From assembly GCA_013239625.1 (NCBI GenBank), contig MU054662.1, positions 11,583,798-11,647,797 on the forward strand: 64,000 nucleotides of DNA, in the 5' to 3' direction. The notes below the pieces were generated by a model. That model did no database searches. It saw only the letters and a program-made list of their open reading frames with translations, and was not told the DNA's origin. A program made the position numbers and the translations under genes. Position 1 is the stretch's first letter. Every line of letters starts with the position of its first letter. Positions 1 to 13,522 of this stretch are shown one piece after another. Source of the DNA: Lama guanicoe. Its lineage: Eukaryota.

Positions 1-895
1 TCAGATCGATTCCATTTGCAGAGCTCTCCTGGCAGTCTTGGCGCGGGAGACTCGGTGGCAGAGTCTCCTGCAGTTCTGACCCTGCCCGGGCTCTGCTCTT
101 CTCGTGTAGTTTCTTGGCGCTTTAGCTCGTAAGCAGAAATGGGCTAAGCAGACGCGGTGGCTGAGCAAATCCAAATGTAAAACAGAACGCTGGCACACCA
201 AACCAAGAGATTTCTCTACGTGTGGGGAGCGGGAACTCAGGGAGGGATAGTGAGGGACCAGGAAAGGGAGGGGCTACGTGAGAACCAGATGGCGTCGCGC
301 TCCCATCCCGTCGGCATCCTCGCTAACTGTGCCCCTCTACTCTTCCGTCTCACTAATGGGTGCAATATAAAATACTTGTGTTCCTGGCCCTCACGGAGGA
401 TGTGACCCATGACACTGTGACACCACTTAATTCTTTTCAGTTAAATTAATCCTTTAACTCAGCTTTGCAGACTTTCGTCAGCTTCCTTCTTGGCGCCCGC
501 CTCCCTAGCCCCACCCGTGTCCCACGTGGGACCCATCGTTTCTTCCTCCACCTGATGCTGACTCTTCTTGTACCATTAGGGAGGATGCTTGTCATCCCAC
601 TCTTTGAGCTGACACAGCAGAGAAAGGCCATCTGGTTGGAGACACGTCCGGTCCCTCTCTTCCCACTGCTGAGACTAGGAAAAAGGCACTGCTGTCCACA
701 GCCCTTGGCTGTGTTTCCCAGGGCCAGACGGCATGTGTGCTGTTGCTCTTGTCCTGCGTGTTGCTGTCTGGATTTGATTTCTGCATGTGCGGCTCATGGG
801 GTCTGAAATTAGGGTGGAGACCTAAGTCTCAAGAAGGAGAGAGTCCATTGGCTTCAGCTTCAAGACACTGATCCAATCCAGTAAAGCTGGTATGG

Positions 896-940
896 ACACA
901 TGCACATGCGCACACACACACACACACACATGTGCACACA
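896..940. repeat. (CA)n microsatellite
   Basis: acacatgcacatgcgcacacacacacacacacacatgtgcacaca. Confidence 0.9.
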
Positions 941-1079
941 AGGTGGTCTCACAGTCACACAGTTTAAAATTCAAAAGGCACAAAAGGGCCTATGTACCGT
1001 TCCACACTCCTGCCCCCAGCTTCTTAGTCCCTCTCTGCAGGCGACCAGTGTTGACAGTGTCTCGTGTGTCCTTCCAGAT

Positions 1080-1330
1080 GTGTTTTAAACATACATTAGC
1101 AAATAAATCACACATTTCCCCATAATTGGTAGCATACTATATATGTATATATACATATATAGTTCAATGTCTTTTTTTTCCACCTTCTAAATGGCTGCAA
1201 AGTATATCATTGAATGAATTTCCATAATTTATTTAACTAGTCCCATATGGATGGGCATTTGGTAGTTTCCAATTTTTTGCTATTGTAAAAAAATAAAGTG
1301 GATATTTTGATCCTTGGATCTTGTGTTTAC
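1080..1330 (-). mobile_element. Old L1 (L1ME-like) fragment
   Basis: AT-rich taaatggctgcaaagtatatcattgaatg...gatgggcatttggtagtttccaattttttgctattgtaa. Confidence 0.55.
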
Positions 1331-1649
1331 TTCCCAAGGCTCAGCACTCTGAGGGGTGAGGAGTGTGGTCCACCGTCCAGCCAGGAGCTGGATGTGAAGC
1401 CCCAGACCACTGAGTCAGACACGTCCAGGTTTGCTCTTCTGTCCCTCCTAACTTGCCATCACGCAGAGAACTTACGCTACCAATTCTGATGTTCACTAAA
1501 TTAGGTAATTTTATGCTTTTCTTTCTCTTTCCTGGCCTCCAGCCTCCTCCAGCCCAGAAATCTGGTTGTAACCAAAATACCGTTCCAGCAAGTGATGCCC
1601 CCACTCTCCTGAGACTTAGGGTGTTGGATTTCCTACGTTTCTGTAGCAT

Positions 1650-1850
1650 GTGATAATGTGCAAAGCACTCTCACATAACATTCTTTCACTTAATTCTCAC
1701 ACAAGTTATTTGAGGTTGGCAGGACATTTTCTAGATGAAGGAACTGAGGCTCAGAGGGACTGCCTGGTTTGCTCAACTTAGCTGATAAATGACAGACACA
1801 GAACTTAAAGCCAGATCACCTAACCCCCAGTCTACTGCTTTCCTCATCCA
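1650..1850 (-). mobile_element. MIR SINE
   Basis: MIR core ttttctagatgaaggaactgaggctcagag. Confidence 0.65.
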
Positions 1851-2529
1851 TACACTAACCCTTTTGCTGTGTATGTGACATTTAAGTCAGCTTTCCATTT
1901 GGAATATGGCAGAGGCTGAAGTTCTAGCAAGTTCATTCTCAAATTTCATTTCCATCAATAGATAGATTGAGGCTATTCAGACAAAAGGAACGATGGACCA
2001 GTTTATCCACAGGGATCCCCTTGGATCGTTCAACAAGCCAAGGGCAGCGTCGGTTGTCCGGGGAGCAGGACGAGCGGGGTGGGAGAGGGGCCAGGGCCGG
2101 AAACACGCGTGACGTGGAGGTCGGGGTGGGCTCCCCAGTGGGGAGGAGAGGAGAGGAGAGGAGCAGAACGTGTGGTGGATCTGCCGCGGGCCATGCTCAC
2201 CCATTAACCACTCACAGAACTTGGGGAGGACGCGCACACGTGTGGCCAAGGCTGTTCTGGTGCCCACGTGGCCATGCTGTGCTGGGCCGGCAGCCGGCCA
2301 GAGCTGCCCAGGGCGGCGAGGGACTGAGTGACTGCAGACACCAGTGCCGAGTGCAGCCCTGTGCTAGTCCCAGCCTCCTCCCTCCAGCTCACAGTGGGAC
2401 TCCTTTCTCCCCCAGGATGTGTTTTCTCTCCCTCAGCTCCTCAGAGGAGGGGGAGCCTTGCTGGGGGCCCCACTGAGAGAGACACTGGACCGAGAGGCAG
2501 GGCCGGGCTACCGCAGGCTCAGATGCTGA

Positions 2530-2812
2530 GCTAAGGTCTCGAGGATTATCCTACAGGCAGTGGGGGTTACGGCGGGACTTCCAGGGAGTTCTCGCTCGCT
2601 CTCCACGCACACACACCACGGAAAGGCTGCATGAGGACTCAGCCAGAAGGTGGCCGTCTGCCAGCCAGGCAGTGGGTTCTCACCGGGAACTGCGCGACTG
2701 CACCCTGGCCTTGGGCTTCCAGCCTCCAGAACCACGAGCATCAGCTTTCTGTTGTTTAAGCCCCTAGTGTGTGGTACTTTGTTGTGGCAGCCTGACCTGA
2801 CGGAGCCAAGCA
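2530..2812 (+). mobile_element. MaLR LTR fragment (MLT1-like)
   Basis: Characteristic 3' sequence cttccagcctccagaacc...tttctgttgtttaagcc...gtggtactttgttgtggcagcc. Confidence 0.7.
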
Positions 2813-2859
2813 CACAGCCATGCGGATGGCAGGGCTTTGGCTCCAGCAGCCTGGGGTGA

Positions 2860-3420
2860 GCACAGAATCCTTGCTCTCATGGAGCTAATGGTCTGGTGGG
2901 GAGGGGAGGGAGGCATGGAATGAGCCATTAACACGGATGTATGTACAGTTACTGACATGGGGGTGAGTAACGGGGCCTCACCCAGACGAGGGAAGACGGA
3001 GGAAGACTTCCAAGGACGTGACCTTCAACCTGAGACCTGAAGGATGGGTGGAGAGAGAAGGCGTGGGCAGAGGGAGGAGCGTCGCAGGCTCAGGGAGGGC
3101 ACGTGTGAAGCTGGGAGGAGAAAGGGCTGGAGAGAAACTGACAAGACACAGCGGCACCAGAGGGGGAGAAGGGCCTGCTCCTGGGGACGGGTCTAAGAGG
3201 ACTTGCAGGTCTTGTTAAGGGGTTTAGATTTATGTTCTCAGTGCAATGGGGAGCCACTAGAGGGTTTAGGTGGAGAAGTGATGTGATCCAACTTTCGTGT
3301 TAAAAGATAACTCTGAATAATGTAAGACTCAGATGGGAGGGAGAGATGTCCGAGGGCCGTCGATGCTGTCCTGGGGTATGTGGGGTCCTGAGCCAGGGGA
3401 ATTAGAGAGAAGTGGGTGCA
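2860..3420 (-). mobile_element. L2 fragment
   Basis: gctctcatggagctaatggtctggtggggag...gtgcaatggggagccactagagggttt...gtgatgtgatccaac. Confidence 0.6.
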
Positions 3421-3568
3421 TGTGAGGGCCAGTGGGCAGGATGGGTGGGGGGAGGGCAGCAGAAGACAGGTAACAGGCCCAGCAACTGGGAGAGGGGAAG
3501 TCGAGGACACTGAGTGTGGGGGGAAGCTGGAAACAGAAGGGCCCATGGCTCAGGAGACAGATCCAGCC

Positions 3569-4080
3569 TGTGCAGAAGGGAGTCAACAGAGCTGGCCTGA
3601 GGCTGCCGTCCTTAGAAAGGCCTGATTGCAAGGCTGGCTCTTGGCTGGCGTCTGGGAACTTGGCTCTCAGAGTGTCCCCATCACCGGTTAACTGATAAGG
3701 CTGGTTTTCTGTGCCTAGAATGTTTGTGCAGACAGTATGATTTATGCTGAACACCTACTTTCCTTCTGGGAGTCTGGAATGTTGGGTATGTGCTCGGCAT
3801 ACGGTGCCTACATGACCAGCTCCCAAGTAAGGTCCTGAGCTCTGTGTTTTCATCGCTGGGGGACTAGTGAGCTCTGTGCGGCCCCTGGGGAGGAAGAGCA
3901 CACAGAAGCCTCACGTGGGTGCCTCTGGACCCATCCGTGTCTCTGTCCCTTATGATTCATTCCACTTGGCATCCTCGCTGTGTCTCTGTCATAAATCTCA
4001 GCCATGAGCATGGCGCACACTGAGTCTTGCGAGTTTGAGCACATCTCTGAATGATGGGGTGGTGTTGGGGACCCCTGACA
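3569..4080 (+). mobile_element. Solo LTR, MER21-like (ERVL)
   Basis: TG...CA termini; MER21-type 5' sequence (ggcctgaggctgccgtccttagaaaggcctg) and 3' end (ggggacccctgaca); 5-bp TSD cagcc/tagcc with 1 mismatch. Confidence 0.75.
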
Positions 4081-7000
4081 TAGCCTCAGGGCTTAAGTTT
4101 GGGAGTGATCAGCAAGCAGAAGATACCTGTAGTCACGGGCACACATGAGACCACCCAGGAAGAGCGAGGAGAGCCCCGAGGATCTCTGCAAGTTAGGGGT
4201 GACCGGAGGCAGGATCTGCAAAGGAGACCAGAGAGAGGAAGGTCTGCAGGACTTAGCACAAGGTCATTGATGGCCTTGGCAAGGCTGTCCCGTGGGCAGT
4301 TGGAGAGAGCTGGTTTGTTAAGGGGTGAGGAGGATGGAAGGAGCAGAGAGGGACTTGAGGAGGTGTAAATATATTGGTTGTAAGATTGGAAAAATCTTGA
4401 TCCTTTTTTTTCTCATTTGTTAAGTGCCTGCTGTATGACAGGCTCCAGGCCAGACTTGAGTGGTGCAGGGGGACACAGGTGTGGCCAGGGCCTCGCGGAG
4501 TGTGTGGTCCTGCAGTGAAGACAGGAGGGAACTGCCTGTGTGCTGAGTGTCTGAAAAGCAAAGTGCACAACACCATGGGGGTGTTTAACCTAATCCGAGG
4601 GTTTCTTTGACGAAGTGACCGTGAACCTGGGACTTTATGAAGAAGGAGGAGTTTGTTGAAGTCGGGAGAGGAGGAAAAGGAAGAGGGACATTTTGGGGAG
4701 AGAAAAGAATATATACAAGCCGAGGACCTTGAAAGGTGGAATCTAGAAGGGACTGATTCTGATGGGAGGGAAATTCCTTAACACGTAACAGAAACAGGAA
4801 AAGAGGATGGATTTTAAAAGGCTAGCTATACAGGTGAGACCTTAGGGTCCGTGGCAAGAAACAGCCTTCTTGTGTGACGACCTTCATTCTCTTGTGGGGC
4901 AGGGTTTTTGTTTTTTTTTTAATTCCCATCCCTTTTCTGAGATCTAGTACATTTGGAGGCTAGAAAAACTGAAGGGGTCTTTGGTAACATAACTCAAGCT
5001 GGAGAGGAGGGGGACATTCTTTCAGCATCACAACCCACCAGGGACAGCCGAGCAGGAAGCCGAGGTTGGCGTGGTGGAAAGTCTGCTGTCCTTGGTTCTG
5101 TCCTCATGCAGACTTCTCCACCTTCCCTCCCTCTACCCCGAGATCTGAGGGTCCTGCTCCACCCAGCAGTGAAAGCAGACACAGTGGAACGGCTGAGAAA
5201 TCATGGCAGGGAGCAAGCCCAAGGAAAGGTATTACTCTGGGTGGCTGAGGATGACGGGGCAGGAAGCTGAGCCACGGGGGCTCCTGGATGCCCCAACCCT
5301 ATGTGCTGTGCCCTGGGGGACCTGGGAGATTAAAGGTCGAGAAATCATCGTCTGAATCTTCACTCTCCTATGGGCTTGACAGCAGTTGAATTCTGCCTCT
5401 TATCTAAAATAAGGTAGAATCAGAATCTGGTGTTCCTCTGGATTTGTGTCTGTAACTGGACCAGCCAGCAGTGAGACGGTGTCCCCCTCTCCTTCTGTCC
5501 CGGGAGAGGCAGTGTTGGGCTCTGCTTTGGAGGAGGAGGAGGCAAGGTCTTCCTCTCGTGGCAGGATCATGAGTTTGAGAGGAGAGCGGAGAAAGCGGAG
5601 GACGATTTTGCAGAGCAGCAGCCATAGAGCTGACTAGGGAAGCCTGCTCAGGCTGCCCGTCAGAGTTTCCACTGGAAGTGCTGACTTCACAGTGGCTCCC
5701 GTGGGCTCGGAGCCGGGGCCTGGTTGTCAGCACAGTGGGGATGAGCCTGAGGCAGAGGGCGGCGGGGGCTGGGTGGGCTTGCTGTGGGGCACCAGGTGGG
5801 GCAGGGAAGTTGGGAATGTTGGCAAGATCGAGTTGGCAAGTTCATGCTGGAACGCAGACTCTAAGCAGCACGAGGAGAGAAGAAAGACAGACAGAGGACA
5901 GAGAAAGGGGGACACATGTATGTGCGGGCAGTCAAGGACCTGAAGTTCCCTAGAATATGTGAGGGGAGCAGTGAGAGGTCTGGAAGGATGAGAACTTGTG
6001 GCTGGGGAGCAGGATGTTTAAATCTATGACCTCAGAGGTGGAGAAGTTCTAAGTAACGAGCAAGTTCAGGATGTGGCCTTGGGAGGCCTGCACTGACCCT
6101 CGTCATCGCCGAGACCCTCTCTCTGATCCAACATGCACACCGCTTTCCTCTGTCCTTTCAGCCTCTGACGCACCTCCCGTCTCAGCTAACCTTTTCCCAC
6201 TTTCTGGTCCAGCAAGAGGAACTCACAGCCTCTTTTCTTGCTTCCGGAGGAATTTATTCCACATGTGTCTGATTCATTTGCGTTTACAGAAACTCAAAAT
6301 CTCCTGTGTCCAAGAACCCTTTCAACTATTATTTTCTTCCCTTTCTTAGAAACAGGAAGTTGTGTTTGGCTGAGGACAAGCTCTTCCAGTGCCCCTGGGA
6401 CTTACAAGATGTTTGGAATGAGGAACGGTGAGGACTGGGGAAGACTCTGCCGCGCCCTCCTTTCCTGGGGCTGTTGTGTATCTGCCAGGGGTAGGCTGGG
6501 CAGCTCGTGGGGATGGACAACTAGCCAGAACTTTCCTGTCTCTCGTTGCTGAGCCCAAGGCCTGAGGGAAAGTATGTCCTAAGAGACAGGTGGGTTTGGA
6601 GGCTCCTGTGTTCCTCCAGCACTGGCGTCACAGCTCAGGATCTGCTGGTGCACGGGGTTTCATCTTTTTCTTCCCAACACTTGAGCGGAGTCTAGTTTTG
6701 GGGGTGTGGACTGGCTGATACTCAGTTTTACGCAGAGAAGTCCCGCTCCCTCCCCAGCGGAATATGAGAGAAGGTTCCCTCTCTGAAGAGGCGCGAACCC
6801 GGCTGGTATGGGGCACACCTGTTTGGCTAAGTCTGGCCGCGCTGTTGGGAAGTGTTAACCTAGAAAGCAGACAGGTGCCTGGAGGGACCGACGTGGGGCC
6901 CATGAGGCAGGGCAGCAGCAGGGTCACACCCAACCGCCCTGCTCGCTCAGGGCTCCAACCTCTAGGGCCCCTCGCGTGTTATTTTGTTCTGTTCAGTTTT

Positions 7001-9781
7001 TTCATATGTAAGGTCGATCTGACCACACTGCGTCTCCAGTGCTTTCCTGGATTGAACCAGCAAGAATGTTAGCTTAGGTTGGTGCCCTCTTTCTCTGACA
7101 TGTCCTGGGGGCAGCTTTCTTGAAGGACCACGGGGAAATGTGCTGTGCTAGGAGAGACCTCTCTCAGAAGGACACATTGTCCTGCAGCCGAGGGCCACCA
7201 CGGGCCAGTGAACCCCTGGTTACCTTCCTCCGGGGCAGGGGTGCTGTGGCATCTCCCCCTCCCCTGCTGTCACACTAGGACCCAGGGGCAATGCCTGCTC
7301 AGGGCCGTGGGGTGGCAAGGGTCTGAAGGACGGTGGAATCAGGGGTGGGGGATGCTGCGGGGGTAGACGTCTCTCCGCTCGGCACAGCGCAGAGCCGGGG
7401 TGAAGAAGGACAGGCGTCAGGACGGTGGTTCAGCCTTGCCTCAGTGCTGCCTGCGCAGCCTTCCCCGTGCTCACCCTGTCCTGTGTTTGACTGTGGCCGT
7501 GTATTCAGTAATTAAGTTCCACTCACCCTAGAGGCAAAAGGAAGTGATGAGGCTGTGGCCGCAGAAATCTGGAAATCCAACGATAGCACTACGTCTGATC
7601 CGCTCTGGTAAATTCCGCATTTCTGTCCACCCTGAGAGACAGACCACTCCCAATTCCCCAGCAGCCACAGGGAGACCCCTGCTTCCCCCCGGGGGAGGGG
7701 CGCTTGGAGGCCCGAGAGGCACAGCTGGTGGGGCAGAGGTCGCTGTGTGCTCTGCAGCCTCTTTCCCAGCGACCAGGGGGACTTGGGCACTGAAGGTCTT
7801 GGGCCATGTGTGAAGGCCTGGCACCCGGCACCGCCTTGCGGCTCCCAGACCCGCGAAGGCAGTCGCGACAAGGCCGTTCTCTCCGTTTGCCTGGACCACG
7901 TGTTGCATATATCAAGACAAAGCAAAGCCAACATACTATTAGGACCCTTCCTATTGTACCTGTCTTTTTTTTTTTTTTTTAATCCTTTGGTGGTGGTGGG
8001 AGGGTGGGGGAAGGTTTGGAGAAAATGAAGAGGGATCCACCAGAGGAAAGCAAGAAGAACTGCATGTTTGGACGCGGGTGAGGAGGACGGTCCGGAGGAA
8101 GAGGCCCGCTTGGTTGCAACGCCCAAGCACCGAGAGCCTAAAGCCTAGTGGGCGTCATCAGCGAGCAAGGGGCAGGGCTGGTGGGAGGACCGCCCCCCCC
8201 AGGGAAAAACGTCCCCAGGAGAGAGGGGTGGTGGGCTAAGGTGGCTCAGGGAACAGTAACGTGGCGTACTTTAGTAAGTTAACAAGTCCTCCAGTCAGCT
8301 ACAGGGAGATAAAGGGCAGAGAATAAACCCCAGACAGGGACTCACTTGTCTTAAGGATGGAAGGCTGGAAATGAACTTTGATGCTAATGTACCACCTTTG
8401 AAATATTTCTGGCTGGAGCTCGGAGGACGCAGATAAATTACCAAGTTACCTGCCGAGCCAGGGCCCTGGGGACCTCCACGAGGAGGCACCAGTGCTATTT
8501 CTGTTGGGAACCCGAGCTCGAAGATGCGGACAGCCAGCAGAGGAACTGCAGCCTTCCCTTCTCTGGGCTGGAGGGGTGGTCGTGCTTGGCCAGGGGAAAT
8601 GACAGCATGATCTCTCTCTACGGATCTGTTTTCTGCGTCCCCGAGCTGCAGCTGTTGGATTTCCAGACACAAACAAGCATGTATTCTGTGAGCCTCGCCG
8701 GGCCCACACAGCAAGGAAGAGCCAAGCCGGATTCCTTTCTGCTTTGCACATCAGCAGCTCTGCTGCCAGCTGAACTCCAGGGCAGACTGTGTGCCTGGTG
8801 AAGATGCGGGCAGTGGGGGTGGCACAGCTGGACTGGTGTGAGCAACTGCTGGGGGCACACTTGGCCTTGATCATTTGGGGGAGAATAAGAAAAGGAAGGA
8901 GACGAAGACTTGCAGAAACACACACCGATCAGTCTCGACAAAACTGGTGCACAGCAGGGAAGAGTCTGGTGTAGGACATGCCTGTGTGCGTGCTTGTTTA
9001 GGCTTCGGTAAGCCTGGCCTCCCGGTTGCTGACGAACCGGCTGGGAAAAGCAGGCCACTGTGCAGACTGCACGCCAGCCGAGGGAACGGGAGGGGCTGGA
9101 AGCCCGTTTGCCCTACTCGTGCCCCAGCGGCCCAAGTCCTCCCAGCGGGCACCTCTCTGTATCACACAAGGGCTCCATGTAGCATCCTGTCTGTCCAGGC
9201 CACTTTCTGCTTGAAGGGATCTTGAGAGAAAGCTAAGTGGAGGGAGGGGGTGGGGCGGTCAAAGTTGATGGGAAAAGCGAAGATGCAAATTTAGATACTT
9301 CCCTCTTTTCACTAGAATGTCATTTCCTGATGTTATCTGTTCCTTCTAACCCACCAGGACCAAGGACTAAGCTCCCTCTACACCAGACCATATGGAGGAC
9401 GGGCCAGGGGCTTCCTCTGAGCTTGGAAGAGCTGAGGTGATACGGAGGGAAGACAGGGTTTTGGTGGCTCGGGGAGGTTTCAGGTGGCTGCTGGGGAAGG
9501 CCATTCTGTGTCAAAGGGCTGACTGGGACAGTTGCAGTTTGCTTGGGTCCAAGGAGCTGTGAGATGGGGGTGAAGTCTGGCGCGGAGACAAGGGGCTGAG
9601 GTCACTGGGATGATGTTACGTAGAAACAGGTGCAGCATTCCTCAGATGCTAAGAGAATCCTGTATCTCCGGCTGGTCGGTATGTAAAGTGAGGATGGGGA
9701 CACATGCAGAGTGGAAGGAAAAAGGAGCTCGGAGGCATCGCAGGACCACTGTTACCCTCACGCTGGAAGTTTCCACCAGAG

Positions 9782-9965
9782 CAGAGGTTCTCAAAGTGTG
9801 GTCCGCAAACCAGCAGCTTCCGTGTCACCTAGGAACTTGTTAGAAATACGGGTTCTCGGGCCCCGGATCCACTGAATCCGAAACTCTTGGGGTGGGGCCC
9901 AGCCATCTGTGTTTCAAGCAGCCCTCTGGATGACCCTACTGCCCACTAAAGTTTGAGAACTGCTG
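9782..9965. mobile_element. MER5A (hAT-Charlie MITE)
   Basis: TIRs CAGAGGTTCTCAAA...TTTGAGAACTGCTG and typical internal sequence. Confidence 0.8.
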
Positions 9966-10149
9966 GTTTAGATTTTGCAGAGGAGAATTGCCTGACTGAG
10001 CTAGATTCAGCAGAACCGGGGGGAAGGCCTCCGAGGCGCAGGCAAGGTGCCAGCGTCCCTGCGTATGCTCAGGGTGGGCTGACCTGTTTGTAGCCTCTGT
10101 CCTTGGCCCTGGGTCCCCTGCCCTTTCCAAAGAAATACTGAGCCAGATC

Positions 10150-10726
10150 AGATGACTACATTGGCACAAGATCACACTTTAGTTTAGAGACACATTTGCA
10201 TAAATACTTGAAATGGGTCCACCCTGCAGGTGGGAGCCCGAGAACACGGCTCTCCACAGCCCTGCAGTTCGCGGCCCCCCAGGCGATGGATTTAATAATG
10301 AAGAGGGTCCCGGTCATTTCTGAGGACACTCACGGTCCACCCCCACCCCACGACTCTCCTTTACGTAATTTTTTCCCCTCTGAGGTAGCTTATTTATTGG
10401 GGGAACCAAGTAGAAAAAAATGTTTTCATTTAACTTCGCTAGTCCTTTGCAGACAGGCTGACCACGCCTCTGGTTTGGGTCGTAAGTGTGCTCTTTACCT
10501 TTTTACCTCTGCCCTCTACTTGAACCCAAGCAAGGTCCAATCCGCGAGATAGTAGACTGAGCGTCTGTTGTCTGTCTCCTCTCCCCTCCAGCCCAACCAG
10601 AGGGGCTGTGGCAGTGAGGGGCCTGGGGAGGCCATGCCACCTCCAGAGGTGGGGTCACTGTAGCACGGCCCTGGTCTGCACCCCACACCCTGAGTGCATG
10701 AGCACAAGCCTGGCCCACCCGCTGGG
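10150..10726 (-). other. ADAMTS8: ADAMTS8 3' UTR with candidate poly(A) signals
   Basis: Minus-strand AATAAA at 10393-10398, ATTAAA at 10291-10296, ACTAAA at 10178-10183; UAUUUAU ARE heptamer at 10200-10206. True 3' end not determinable here. Confidence 0.55.
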
Positions 10727-11297
10727 TCACGGGGAGCACGGCTGGCTCCCGCAGGGCTTGGCATCCTCAGGCTTCAGAGCCTCGTCGCAGGTGGCGGAGG
10801 CCTGGCCGCTGGGGTCCAGGCACTCCACGGTCCGCCGCTGCCAGCCAGCTCCGCAGCTGCTGGAGCACTCAGACCAGTCTCCCAGCACCCACTGCACGTT
10901 GAGCAGGGGCTGGATGACGTTGGTGGTTGTCCTCTCCTTGCCGCCCTGGATGCTGAAGTTCACGTCGTTTGGGACGTAGAAGGTGTATTTGACTCTGGGG
11001 GGAAAGACCTCCCCGGGGACTGTCAGGAGCTGCACGGTCAGAGGCTCGGGCAGGGGCTGGAAGCTCTGCAGCCGCTCCAGGGTGGCAAGGGAACCGCTGT
11101 ACTTGAGGATGGTCCCCTTCGCCAAGATGTCCTGTTCGATGGCGGAGATGGCCAGGTTCCCATTGAGCAGGTACCGCCCGTCGGCAGTCTTCAAGGCCAG
11201 GTAGTTGCCGTCGTTCTGGACCCCTGGGCGGCTCCACTGTTTCACGTCAATGTTTGTGGCACCAGCGGGGATGGTGACGATGTCATTGTAGCCATAT
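10727..11297 (-). CDS. ADAMTS8: ADAMTS8 exon 9 coding part (spacer domain, C-terminal TSP1, stop TGA)
   Basis: YGYNDIVTIPAGATNIDVKQ...QWVLGDWSECSSSCGAGWQRRTVEC...PCGSQPCSP*; acceptor ctctcacag|A; phases of all exons are mutually consistent. Confidence 0.97.
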
Positions 11298-13047
11298 CTG
11301 TGAGAGGACCAGAAAGACATCCTTAGGGCCGGCCGCTCCCCAGCCCCGTGCTCAGGAAGTTAGCCCGCAGTGACTGGGGTGGGCGGACCAGAACCACGAG
11401 CAAACAAGGAAGCAGCCGCCCCAGAGCTCCAAATAAATCAGCGGCTGAGGCCAACAGGAATGCTTTATATGCTGGGATTTTCAAGGGTTTTTGTTTTGCC
11501 TGGCAGCTCTCTTTCAAATGTTTGGCGTCTGGATCTTGACAATAGCTCAGAGGAGAAGGCAGCCTGGAGGGGTGTGAAGGCTGCATCCTTGCTGCCAAAC
11601 CTGGGCTCTTGGCTCAAACAAGACTGCGGACACATGTAGCACCTGGTACTGATATAAACTTCACTTGGCCACGTTCATCCCAGAGCTGAAATCCATGTGG
11701 AAAAATCTGCCCCACCCGCCCTTTCCAGAATCTGACCAGATGGGCGCCTCGCTCCAGCTCTTACAGTTGATCAGCCCCTGGTGTTTGGCTAACGTGGCTC
11801 TCAGCAGGGATCTGGGCGACACGGCTGCCTTGGGTGTGCCTAGCCCCGTGAGCTGGGGTGCTGGTGGGGACAGTGTTTCAGCTTTGCTGTAGGCCCAGGG
11901 CTTTATGTTGGATGGAGAAACCTTAGTTCTTCTTTTCTCCTGGGGTAAAAGCATTTGGGTTTCACAGGCTGGGAAGAAAGCGAAGAGGACTGAGGAAGCC
12001 CGTAACTGGCTGTCTGCTGTTCCCGCCTCACGCCCAGCTGGGGCCAGCCGCTTGGTCTGGGGCAGCTGTGAAAGCACCCGGGGCCCATGTGTCTCATGCC
12101 TAAGAGCCCCAGTGTCTGACTCTCCCACACCCCATGCTGCTTTCTTCTGTGTCTGTTGAGTTTAAATTTGAAAAGACTCCCGAGTTGCCTACTGTGGACT
12201 GATGCTGTTCTCTGAGCCGGACGCGAGCGAGAGAGACAGCAAGGAGCGCAGTGCGGCTGCCTGACCTGACGCAGCCCTGCCCTCCCTCTCTGGGGGGGTC
12301 TCCCTCTCCAGTGGAGTCGCTCTCTCCGGGGGAGTGGTGTGCAGGGGCGGGGAAAGTAGCCCAGGAGTGGAGAAACCTAGGTTCTCTTCTGGCTGACATC
12401 ACCTATCGCTGTGACCTGAGAGGAGTGACATGATGTCTTTATGCCTTAGTTTCTTCATCTGTAAATGGGGGATAAGGGTCTTGGCCTTGATAGACTGTTT
12501 TTAGGAATCAACCAAGGCCACAGAAGTGAAAACCTGTAAATAAATACCAGGGGCTTTATGAACGTGTGGCTTTAAGGTGTGGAAAGGCATCTGGAGTGCT
12601 CAGATTCATGAAGCCCTGAGGCTGCCAGGGTCCTCCTCCCTCCCCCTCTTCCCTGAGTCACCTGCAGGAAGGACAGGACTCCCCTGGTGTGGGGTGAAAG
12701 GTCCTTCCCAAAACAAGCCTGGAGTTGCTGCTTTCTGGCAAAGATCTTGGAGACTCAGTGCAGCCCCATTGCTGATTGACTCAGAGATGATACATCCCTG
12801 CCCATGTGGCCTCCGGCCGCCCTGTGAGCCACCCTCTCTGTGGGCCAGACCCTGAGCCAAGTGTTCTGCCCATCTCGTGACTCCTTACAATGACTCTGAG
12901 ATGGAGAGGATGCTGGTGTTTTATAAAGAAACTGAAGCTCAGTACTCCACAGGTCTGGAGTAGCAACTACAATTCAACTTAGGCCCCCATGACTCCAGAG
13001 CCCAGTCTGCTGTTGCAGCTGGGGACAGATCTCCTGGGGAGACCCAC

Positions 13048-13223
13048 CTGGAGGGGTTGAAGAAACCGGAGACCTTCCTGCACGAGTTTCCTTCGCCCCC
13101 GCACACCCCACATCTGTCCAGCTTCCTAGGCGAGCCCAGCACGTGGTCACAGCCAGCCTTGACACACTGGCCACGGACACAGATGGCCAGGGTCTCTGGC
13201 CCACACAGGGTGCCATCGATCAC
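13048..13223 (-). CDS. ADAMTS8: ADAMTS8 exon 8 (cysteine-rich domain), 176 nt
   Basis: VIDGTLCGPETLAICVRGQCVKAGCDHVLGSPRKLDRCGVCGGEGNSCRKVSGFFNPS(R); acceptor atgcag|GTG; donor AG|GTGGGT. Confidence 0.97.
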
Positions 13224-13349
13224 CTGCATCAAGGGAAGGGGAGAGGGAGGTCAGGGAGGGTGTGGTGATACCAACGCAGCCCTCCTGTCGGCTCCTGCCA
13301 GGTGGCCTTCCTCCCCACCTGTGGACCTGGGTTCCAGTGGGAACCTCAC

Positions 13350-13522
13350 CTTGGCCTCGAACACTTTGAACTCACTCCGACCCCGGGCCCGGCAGAACAG
13401 CTTGCAGCGGTCTTGGGGGGACACCCCCGCGTACTTGGGGACCCACTGCAGGAGGTTCCCGTCCATGTCCGTGTAATTGTAGGCATTGTACTTCTCACAC
13501 TGCTGTTCCCTGAAGCTCTTCC
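13350..13522 (-). CDS. ADAMTS8: ADAMTS8 exon 7 (cysteine-rich domain), 173 nt
   Basis: KSFREQQCEKYNAYNYTDMDGNLLQWVPKYAGVSPQDRCKLFCRARGRSEFKVFEAK; acceptor ttgttag|GG; donor AAG|GTGAGG. Confidence 0.97.

Noticed and set aside
46-68. 8-bp hairpin ggagactc/gagtctcc
   Set aside because: Too short to exceed chance expectation; no ncRNA context
4900-6060. Purine-rich stretch with several short ORFs
   Set aside because: Probably decayed L2/LINE sequence; boundaries and family could not be supported, and the ORFs are unremarkable
10694-11326. 210-aa plus-strand ORF
   Set aside because: Antisense shadow of the GC3-rich ADAMTS8 last exon; no independent evidence
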